Under the pieces are notes generated by a model. That model ran no database searches. It had not been told where the DNA came from and saw nothing but the letters and a program-made list of their open reading frames with translations. A stretch of 64,000 nucleotides of DNA from Octopus sinensis (taxonomy: Eukaryota), in assembly GCF_006345805.1 (NCBI RefSeq), contig NC_042998.1, positions 83,948,001 to 84,012,000 of the forward strand, read 5' to 3'. A program made the position numbers and the translations under genes. Below are positions 13,077 through 23,075 of the stretch, one piece after another. Every line of letters begins with the position of its first letter. The first letter of the stretch is position 1.

Positions 13077-13422
13077 TATATATATATTACGGAGATGTAC
13101 TCGCATAGCAAGTAATTTGATCTGAGATCGTGTGCTGAAACGAAAACAATTGCAGCGTGGAAGGTGTTTATAAGCCATTTAAGAAACACACAAAAGCCGT
13201 TCGATTCACTTCAACATTTAAGTTTAATTTGTCAAAATATTTTCGTACATATATATGACGAACTAACTGTTACTTTCTCAGATGCAGCACGGATTTTTGT
13301 CAGTGAGCAGGTCGCGGATTTTAGCGACGAAAATATTTTGACAAATTAAACTTAAATGTTGAAGTGAATCGAACGGCTTTTGTGTGTTTCTTAAATGGCT
13401 TATAAACACCTTCCACGCTGCA

Positions 13423-13474
<52 letters not shown>

Positions 13475-13554
13475 TTTCTGAAGCTTCACCTTATAAAAGA
13501 ATACAGTCTGTAATTAGTTCATTTTATTCATAAATATAAATTATTGCCTTTTGA
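12966..13554. repeat. Nested inverted repeats, Penelope-type terminal arrangement
   Basis: Outer arms 12966-13032 and 13490-13554 are imperfect. Inner arms 13146-13246 and 13327-13427 are a perfect 101-bp reverse complement. (TA)n tracts lie between them. Confidence 0.85.
13296..13345 (+). ncRNA. Minimal type I hammerhead-like motif with G3:C8 core
   Basis: TTTGTCA | GTGAGCA G | GTCGC-ggatttta-GCGAC | GAAA ATAT TT | TGACAAA. This gives a 7-bp stem I, a 5-bp helix II and a palindromic helix III. Confidence 0.5.
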
Positions 13555-13599
13555 TATTAAGAATTACAATGCATCGATCACTAAGCGAATTGGGTTTTG

Positions 13600-14460
13600 G
13601 GCCCTAAGCTATGCTAATATTGATGAAATGTAATATCATAATAGGGATGAAATAGATATCATAAAACAAGCAAGAAAATCTCTTATCATTTATAATTACT
13701 TCATAGAAAACTTTCAGATTATCCGTTACTATAGAAACTAACCTCAGATCTGTTGACATTTTAGATTTATATCTTTAGTTTATCCCTTCCGCAAACTTAA
13801 CGAAACGCTTAATTACATAAGATATCAAATCACCTAATGTTAATGCAAACGAGAACATTTGTAAAGACTGTTCTGCTTATTACAGCGAAGCTTCAAGCAG
13901 ATGTGGATTCAAGGAGAACATTAAATATACTGAATCTATACCTTGATCAACCAATCGTAAAAATATAAAACGAACATCTGGTAGTTCACTCAATTCTATA
14001 ATCTATAATTCTCCCTTCTTTCCACTGCATAGGTATTTTCATAGTATTTTCAATAAGAATGCAATTAAAATATGCTCCGCCATATGTATCTGCTTTCGCT
14101 AACTTGACTAAATTAAATCAATTTAGATCTCTATTTCTCCAAATAATTGCGATAGCATCAATCCTTCGTTATACTTCTTAGATTCTAACTCCTTCACTAA
14201 AAATATGTTATGTGTACTGCAAAAAGTCATCTCTACTAAAACTTATATTGGCCTCGTTAAACTTCAGTACGATGAACGTTTTCTCCTTCAAGCATTCCTC
14301 CAAGTGCAAGACTACGACTCTTTCAAATTACATCTGATATATAAAAATCTAAATAAATACCCTAAAACTAATTTTGGAAACTTCATACAAAAGCAAAACC
14401 GTACATGTGCAACAAGAAACTATATGTGATAGAATTCTTTGAAATTCTGTTTGCAAAGGG
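13600..14460 (+). mobile_element. Decayed Penelope-like element, thumb plus GIY-YIG
   Basis: HRYFHSIFNKNAIKICS, KTYIGL and TTTLSNYI*YIK match PLE patterns (HKIFNRNTxKISYS, YIGLT, TxLSxYIW). Confidence 0.65.
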
Positions 14461-14964
14461 TGGTTTAATTAAGAAACATTTTTTTACAACCTCAACATCT
14501 TCAAAACTAACAAACATTTTCTAGTTTGTATATTAACCTTGACAATTGTTTCTTGCGCAGGTAAATGCTTTCATCACTTTAACTATACTTTACACATCTA
14601 AGATTGTTGATATTTGTACATTTCTATTTATTACAAATTACCTAACTTTTAAACAATTGAACATATGACATACACATCTTTTCAAACACTTTTATGTTTA
14701 TTAACTTAGAACATGACGATCCATTACGAGAAGACTCTTTGCGGTCATTTACCTCTAAAAATTGACTGCCATCTTTAAAACGTTATATATCTACGAATTT
14801 CTGGTAATACATTTTTTGACTGACCGTTGAATTAATGAGCTTTCACTGAAGCTTACTTTGTTAAATGAACAAACGCTCTAACATTTGCTGATTTAATTCT
14901 CATCACTTATTCCGCCCTCCACAATCTATTTCGCTTAGTTTGAATGATTTATATTCATTAGGTA

Positions 14965-15415
14965 TAAAAGATGGGCTGCAGCAAATATTCTGCTCAATAC
15001 CACAGATTTGCTTGTCAGTTGTTTGACCTTAACCATTTGAGCATGTTCCCTTGTGGCTGACGATATGTGCATCTCTAATCACGACCATCATAGTCATGTG
15101 TTGAGAGGGATTCTTTGGAGTTTTGATAATTCACCTCTGGAAACACCTCTGGTGTTTCGTTCAACTTCCATAACAACCCTTATTCAGGGACCTTTTGAGC
15201 AGGATTGGCTACTCGACCGAAAGAAAATTCTAACTGGGCCCCACCTGCAAGGCCATGCGCTGCTTATCTTGATATGAGATCACCATGTCACGCACATATG
15301 GTTGTGATGCATGTGCTTAGTGTACTCTTATCAGACATGTAGTCATGATGAGTATATTGGGCTTCGTATATTTATATCTCAGTGTCACTTTGATGGCATG
15401 CGCTGCTCTCTCACT
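14965..15415. repeat. Unclassified octopus-type interspersed repeat
   Basis: Non-coding segment (GGTATAAAAGATGGGCTGCAGCAAATATTCTGCTCAATACC..CATGCGCTGCTCTCTCACT) recalled as a common octopus repeat. It occurs once in the window and was not verified. Confidence 0.35.
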
Positions 15416-15418
15416 CAA

Positions 15419-15720
15419 TAATAATAATAATAATAATAATAGTAATGATGTTATCTTTTATTTGCTATCAGGGCGAAGAATGAGGGGACAATACAGTGAC
15501 ATTCATAAAGTGTGGGTGTTTACATATAATGGAATTATAATATAAAATAAAAAGTATACACGGTATACATTAGAGGAAGTATACATAGTATATGACACTA
15601 GAAAAAGAGGGAAAAAAGGATCGTGGTGGAACCTCCTGATCCAGAAAGACCTCTATGGAAAATCAAAGAAACTCACCATCCAAGATCACCCTGAGTACCA
15701 AGGACGAGAGCCCACTCCAC

Positions 15721-15753
<33 letters not shown>

Positions 15754-16045
15754 TAATAATAATAATAGTAATGATGTTATCTTTTATTTGCTATCAGGCG
15801 AAGAATGAGGGGACAATACAGTGACATTCATAAAGTGTGGGTGTTTACATATAATGGAATTATAATATAAAATAAAAAGTATACACGGTATACATTAGAG
15901 GAAGTATACATAGTATATGACACTAGAAAAAGAGGGAAAAAAGGATCGTGGTGGAACCTCCTGATCCAGAAAGACCTCTATGGAAAATCAAAGAAACTCA
16001 CCATCCAAGATCACCCTGAGTACCAAGGACGAGAGCCCACTCCAC

Positions 16046-16097
<52 letters not shown>
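15419..16097. repeat. Tandem duplication of a ~280-bp unit separated by (AAT)n
   Basis: 15441-15720 and 15767-16045 are identical apart from one G indel (TCAGGGCG vs TCAGGCG). Each unit is flanked by (AAT)n. Confidence 0.9.
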
Positions 16098-16098
<1 letters not shown>

Positions 16099-17010
16099 TT
16101 CTTTTTTATCTAATTTACATAAGTGGTCTTTCAGAGAATATTATGTAATCATTAAGTTGCAAATATCACGTAACCATTAATCATTGCACGTCAAAAAATG
16201 ATAGATTTCTTGCAGACACGTCATCTTTATCATTATCAGCAGCAACAACAGCGGCAGCAGCAGCAGCAGCATCACCACTACCATCTTCAATGCAAGCATC
16301 ATTTACAAGCTTTGTAAAACATTAGAATGTTGAAGTTGCCACAGAACACTTCTAGATTAGCAGGAGGCAATAATGAAGCCTCTACGTGCTGGCTTGACCA
16401 GCTAGAAATAGCAACCGATTTCTCTTTCAAATCATATGTCACCGTTTTAAAAATTAGATACAGGATGCTGTAGTCCTAAGTTCTATGCACACATGTAAAA
16501 GAGAAAAGAGTCAGACTTGAATATCTTTAATTCCAGATCTACTCAATCAAAGCTGACCGGAACCAAACAACAATCAGTCACCATTCTCTACAATTTTATA
16601 TTTTCCAGTCTTTTGGAAGTTATTCAAATTCAAGATTATTCCTTGATGTTATCATCCAATCTTTTTCTCTACCAGCCTCTATTTTTTTCTATTCTGGAAC
16701 TGTATCTTGCCAAATAATTTTATAACTAGACGTTGAAAAATTAGATATGAATGCACACCATGAAAGTTCTGTCTTTTGACGATGCACAGTAAACTGATAA
16801 GATTATATGAATTCTCTTATCGTCAATCTGCTACTTGTTTCAGTCATTAGACTACGGCCACGATGGGGCATCACCTTGGAGACGTTTTAGTCTGGCATTT
16901 ATTATATCGGTCATATTTGCAGAACCTCTAAGGTACAGGGATGTAAACATATCAACACCGGTTGTCGAACAGACACAAAGACTCACACAAACACCTATAT
17001 ATACGTATGT

Positions 17011-17108
<98 letters not shown>

Positions 17109-17711
17109 CATATATATATACATATAATAATATAAATAATATATATAAATATATGCATATATACATACATATATGTACGTACCTACATATATAAGTATAT
17201 ATACTTGCATAAATGGGTACAGGACATTAAAAAAATGTAGACACAATAAGAAACGAAAGCATAAAAACAAAAACATAGAAAACGAACTTTTTTTCGAACA
17301 ACGTAAAAGGACAAAGAACCGAGACATGCAACATAAGGAACATTACTTTCATCAGTTGTCCGTTTCATCTACTCCGCGTTTTCGAAGGTAACGACAATAT
17401 GCGACTTCGTTGAAACAGTCGTTCCCGTAAAGCAAATTAAATAAAATTTGGTATTTTTTCTAGAGGGTGAAAGTGGTAACAAAAACAGGACAGTGAGAAC
17501 ACGACAGTAAAAACAAACGGTGAGGACTGTTAAGTCAAGACGATGTGAAAAATTATTATGAACGCTAGAAAGACGAGCTATGACAAGAGACAGGTAAAAG
17601 CACGTTTTGTCTTCACGAAGGAAGTGGAAGAAAAAAAGACAGATCGGTTTTCGTTACGTGTCAGCGACAAGAGAATCAAGGAGGAACAGGAAGAGAAAGA
17701 GACGCGGAACG

Positions 17712-17750
<39 letters not shown>

Positions 17751-17769
17751 ACACACCTACACATACACA

Positions 17770-18212
17770 CACGCACACGTTAAGGTCACCAGCCCTCTTT
17801 CACACGTACATGCATGCTCTCTTATATACACGCACGTGCACCTTCGTTTAGGGATCACCACTACTTTATTATCTCCCCTTCTTCCTAGCTCTCCTTGTGA
17901 CCACTCTGTCCGGCATTCACCATGCTAGATCACTAGCCACTACACATTCTTTATTTTCTCTCCTTGTTTCTTTCAGTGTTCCTTTCTGTGGAAGAGCGTA
18001 GGCTCGAAACGTTAAAGACTTTTCGCTTCCCGAACGTTAAACTAATACATCTGTTTGTTGTCTACGCCACCTGTCTTCGTCTTTTGTTTTTGTGAATTCT
18101 CCCTATATATATATATATATATATAGGAAGAGTTCACAAAAACAAAAGACGAAGACAGGTGGCGTAGACAACAAACAGATATATTCTCCCTATATATATA
18201 TAGGGAGAATAT
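17770..18212 (+). mobile_element. Non-autonomous Penelope-associated/retrozyme-like repeat with hammerhead-like motif and terminal fold-back
   Basis: Related copies at about 34960-35290, 61250-61470 and, more divergent, 47200-47460 (minus). Palindrome 18049-18180 is centred on (TA)n. Confidence 0.6.
17982..18017 (+). ncRNA. Minimal hammerhead-like motif, U6 variant
   Basis: CTTT | CTGTGGA A | GAGC-gtag-GCTC | GAAAC GTT | AAAG. Confidence 0.45.
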
Positions 18213-19226
18213 AACGTGTGCGCGTGTGTATGTGTAGGTGTGTGGATAATGGCGTGGGGCTGGAAAGTGATCAGTGCTAGTGTGTGCGTGGTGGTGTGAT
18301 GTGATGTGATGTGGTGTTGTGTGGTATGGTGCTATATGGTGTGTATGGTGTGGTGGTGTGTGGTCTGGCGTGGTGGTATTGTGATGTGGGAAAAGCGAGA
18401 ATGGGGAAAGCAAGGGTGGGTGTGGGTTAGGGTGAGAGTGGAGTAGAGGTGGGGTATGTGGCAGTGGGTGTAAGAGATGGGGTGGGGTGGGATGGGAAGG
18501 ATAGGGAAGGTGGGGTTGGATTGTGTAGGGGGAGTTACGAGAGATGGGTGACGATGAAGGGAGAGGGGGAAGGGAGAAGGTGGGTAGGAGTAAAGAGAAG
18601 AGAGAAGGAGAGTAGGAATGTATATACATTTATATATACTTGTATATATATTTATACACACATATATATATGTATACATATATATATGTGTGCATAAATA
18701 TATATGGATATATAATATATGTATATATATACGTGTGTGTGTGTGTGTGTGTGTGTAGTCAATTAAAAAACAAAGAAAAGCAAACAAACGTTTGAACGTG
18801 GCACAAGCAATGTATTAATAAGATGCTCATAGAAGGGAAATTGTACGACGGGCTTCTTTCAGTTTTTCTTCCAAATTCACTCACAAGGCTTTGATTAGTC
18901 CGAGACTATAGTAGAAGACGTTTGCCCAATGTGCCACGAGATTTATCAGTCCCGGACAGACGAAAGAAAGATATATTTACATCAGCAACAATTGAACTCA
19001 GAATGCAAAAGGCCAGGATAACTGTTGCAAGGTATTTTATCTGTCACTTAAACAACTCAGTCAGCCTGTTGCATCGGGGGACATTCTATGAATGCAATTT
19101 GAAAAGTAGTTTTGCACCGAATATGAAAAATAGTCTTACGAGTGATTAGATACAATCGCAATTCAATAGTTTATCGAAATGTGTTATATGTGTTATACGA
19201 TGGACAAATAGCGTTATCTCCATTAG

Positions 19227-19294
<68 letters not shown>

Positions 19295-19636
19295 TATATA
19301 AGATACAGGGATCGAGGCGTAGGAAGAAAGTTAGCTTCAAGCAATCCGTAGTAAGTATAAAAAAACAACTTTCAGGGACAATAGTGGTTTATTGAGACGG
19401 GAGGTTGTGAATTTTTTTCGTATTGAAGTACGATAAACTGAAAAAAGTTCTTTTAATATTTCCCGGTAGGCGACCAGGTTTGCTGGGTTTGCGAATAAGA
19501 ATACGAGAGTTAAGGAATGGAGTAGATAAGATCCGGGCTACATACCGAGCGGAACTTCGGAAGTGGTAAATATCCGAGCAAAGTGTATACCGCAGGCTAC
19601 TCTTCGGGCCAAGAGTATCTTGATTAAATGAAAGTT

Positions 19637-19668
<32 letters not shown>

Positions 19669-19674
19669 ATATAT

Positions 19675-20834
19675 TGTTATGGTTCGGCTAGTACAGTATT
19701 TCTTGACCTACTTTGTTGAGAGTGTAGACGGAAAGCCTGGAATAAAAAGTTACAGCCCTTTGTTTACTGGAAGATTAATGGCTTTTGGAGGGACCTTTGG
19801 CCTTGTGCCGGTCGATTAGGGGTCAGAGAGATGTGAGGGCCGAGGAAGATAGAGTAAGGAAGAATCTAGTGACAGTGAAGAAGAGGAAGAAGAAAGTAGT
19901 GAGAAAGACAGAGTAAGGAATCTGAGAACTAGGAGAGAGGATGACAGTGACAGCGCCGATAAAGATAGGCAGATAGGGCTGAGAGCAGATAGAGAGGATA
20001 TTAGCAGTGCAGAGAGGGATTGAGGGTAGTGATAGAGTAAGAGGTTTTTGGACAGTCGGATTTCGGTCGTCAAAGCGAGCAGTTGGAATTTTAAGAGCGA
20101 GGATTTGGGAATTCGGGGCAAGAGTTTGGCAAGTTGGAGCTAGCGGTACTGAGAGAGAGGAACTACAATATGGGACACTGGCTATTCTAATTAGGAATTA
20201 AGGTACGTGAATTGTGTATTGATATGTGAAGAAAAAGAAGGAAAAAGAATTGATATATTGAACAGTGAAAAGAAATGAGACAGTAAAAAGGAATTTAAAG
20301 AACAATGTGAATTGTGTAAGGACATTATGTACAGTGTTGTGATTTGAACATTGTATAATGAACATTGAACGGTTAGGCCTGTAATGTCCTTTGAACTGTA
20401 TATGACTTGTTGATGTGTTTTGAAATAGAACTATGTCTTCGGACGTGTACCTTTGAAATGCTGATGTATTGACCTTGATGTGTTGTTACCGGACGGTTAT
20501 ATTGTTACTTGCATGTTTAAATGCTTTGATCTGTGGTATACCTGTATGATGTATTGAGTTGTCACGTGCATGTCCTCTTTTAAATGTATCTGAAATGTAA
20601 TTGATGTTGTAACAATTGTAATAGTCATATAAACTAGTTGTTAAATGTAAGCCAGTTGTGCCTTGCCTCTTTGTGTCTCTCTCGGTTGCCTCTGTATCTC
20701 TTCGTGCTGCTGCTGTTGTTGTTATTGTATCTCTCCTCTCCGAGTTTCCATGGCGAGAATATTCGCTGCATCGAACGGGCCCGTGTGTGAGGGATTCCGT
20801 AACAGTTCGAATCGGAGGTCCCCACCTCGTAACA
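19675..20834 (+). mobile_element. Solo LTR, probably Ty3/gypsy type, 1160 bp
   Basis: Begins TGTTA and ends TAACA (inverted termini). It is flanked by ATAT on both sides inside a TA tract, and no internal gag/pol is seen. Orientation is tentative. Confidence 0.65.
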
Positions 20835-23015
20835 ATATATATTCTTCAAACAATATTCTTCAAAAATGTCAATGAGCCTCTTGCTCGAACAGACTGCCTC
20901 TTAGCAACAACACATTTTATAGATTTCTTTATTATAAATTGATGCCATTAAAATCGATTACAATATATGTATCATATTTTCAATACTAAAAGCCTTAACT
21001 GACCAAGATAATGGCTCAGTCTTCCATATCCACTTAAAACCAATTCCTACTTTCTATATATTCAAACCATCAATGAAGCTGCTCGCTAGCATTAAATGTG
21101 GTCTCTATTCAATAACCGAGAGTGAAACCAATTATTACCAAAGTTCTGCATTGAAAAATACGTGTTCTGTATTTCTGTTCACGAAAACTACTTCGAATTT
21201 ATAACTTCACTGATTTATATCACAAGAAGTGGTGAAGATATTCTCGATTGTACAATAACGAATTGGGAGTTGTTTAATGCCATTCTTTTCTAATACTAAT
21301 TTCCAACTTTACTTAGATTTACTATAACTTTCAACTGTAAGGGTCGATAAAATATATACCATTTAGATTCAGTCGATGATGAACTGGTCTAGGATCCTAT
21401 CAAAAATATTTATTATCCCGATAATGCTGCTTGCAAGTCAAATCCACGATTTCGTTTCGATACTTGAATAAAACGGTTTTTATTTCATATTAACTACAAA
21501 TGTCTCCCTGAAAAATAATGAGTTAACACTTTATCTTCTTGGATGAACCTGAAATCTTGCATCTCACCACAAAAATATCATGTAGTTGGACAACATTATT
21601 CCAAATTTACAGCCGAATCGTCAACTGAGTTTGGTTTCCAGATTATAATTTCAGTCCTTTTACGTAGACAAAGGAAGGGGTGCTTGTGACAACATTCCAT
21701 TGCAACTAAATATGTAATGGCGTCCTTCTGACTATTATAAAATCGATATTTAGACAATAATAAAGACAGAAACGAATCGATACATTAATATAAGTATTAT
21801 TTACAGCCGTCACACGTATAGAGTACCGCATTCATCTGAAAAGGTTCAATACATTGCATACTTTAAATATTTATTTCTTTAAATAACCGAGATTATTTTC
21901 AGTTGATAAAAATGAACTCTATAACCTTGTCTGAAAAATAATAATTTTGTAAGCCTTTAATACTTTAAAATGCCATCCGTACTTTCATCTATGAACCGAA
22001 AGCAGAACTGTTCAAATTTTACAAGTTTTTAACATGTATTATAGATATAAATTACTTTCCTTCGTCCCGGTTGCGTTTTAAAAACCACTGTGATGGTTCG
22101 GTTTGTAGCGTTAACATAATGGGCATTAAATCTTCACTTTGGTCACCGATCAATCACTGGTAATTTTTCAAAGGGTGGTGATGCGTTATGCTTATGATAC
22201 TTAAGGAAACTGAAGCATATGAGATGCCTAAACATGCAAGGGATCTTTGAGCTGGCAGTCAAATACCACACTCCAGTGAACCATTTCGTTTTACTTCTTT
22301 TAAGATACGTGAATGTTTCCTTATTCTTTATATTTCAACAAGTGTTTTATGATTTATGTTTGTGTAAATTGGCAAAGTTGAAATCCATTCTATGATATGA
22401 GGTACCAAGATATCCTGAAGCATAAAATTTGGTTGGTGAAACTTATGTTAACTATCAGCATCTAAAACGAAATATTCGTTCCTAATTTAGTCACAAGGCC
22501 AGTAATTTTAGAGGAAGGTGTTAGAGGATACCATCGACTTTAGTGCTTATTTTATCGACCACGAAAGGATGAAAGGAAAAATTAATCTTGGCTGAATTCG
22601 AATTCAAAAAAGAAAAAATACCCACACAAAGCAATTTTTCAGGTACTCGGATGATTCTGTCAATGTGCCAAAAGAATGAAAGAAGTAAGGTTTGGTTGAG
22701 ATTAGAAACAAATGGACTGGTACTTTTAAAAAATTCAGCTTATTCTACCTCAATGTTCTATAGATGGAAGGCTTACATACTCTCCCTGCCTGAAATAGCA
22801 GCCGAATCTCCTTTAAATCGCACCTTACCATCTTTAGAAAAAAAAACACATTACATAATATAACACAAGGTACGGTTTTCTGGACACTGTTCGAAAGAAA
22901 AAAAGGAGATGGTTAGTAACGCCATTCTTTGGAACCCTCACAATAAGCATACACTGGTTGTATTATCAGGACAACGACCGTGATTACGACCATACCCACA
23001 TACTTTAGTTTAAGT

Positions 23016-23075
23016 GCCTAGAGAAAATGAAGAAGCCTAGAGAAAATGAAGAAGCCTAGAGAAAATAGAGAAGCC
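23016..23075. repeat. 19-bp minisatellite, 3 copies
   Basis: GCCTAGAGAAAATGAAGAA starts at 23016, 23035 and 23054. Confidence 0.9.

Noticed and set aside
16835-19368. IY/HT/CV-repeat ORFs here and at about 34.5, 37.5, 46, 58.5, 61.7 and 63.3 kb
   Set aside because: They are translations of (TA)n, (CA)n and (GATA)n microsatellites.
20950-22400. 1.4 kb of non-repetitive-looking sequence with several TTTTCAG acceptors
   Set aside because: All frames examined are interrupted by stops and no motif was recognised.
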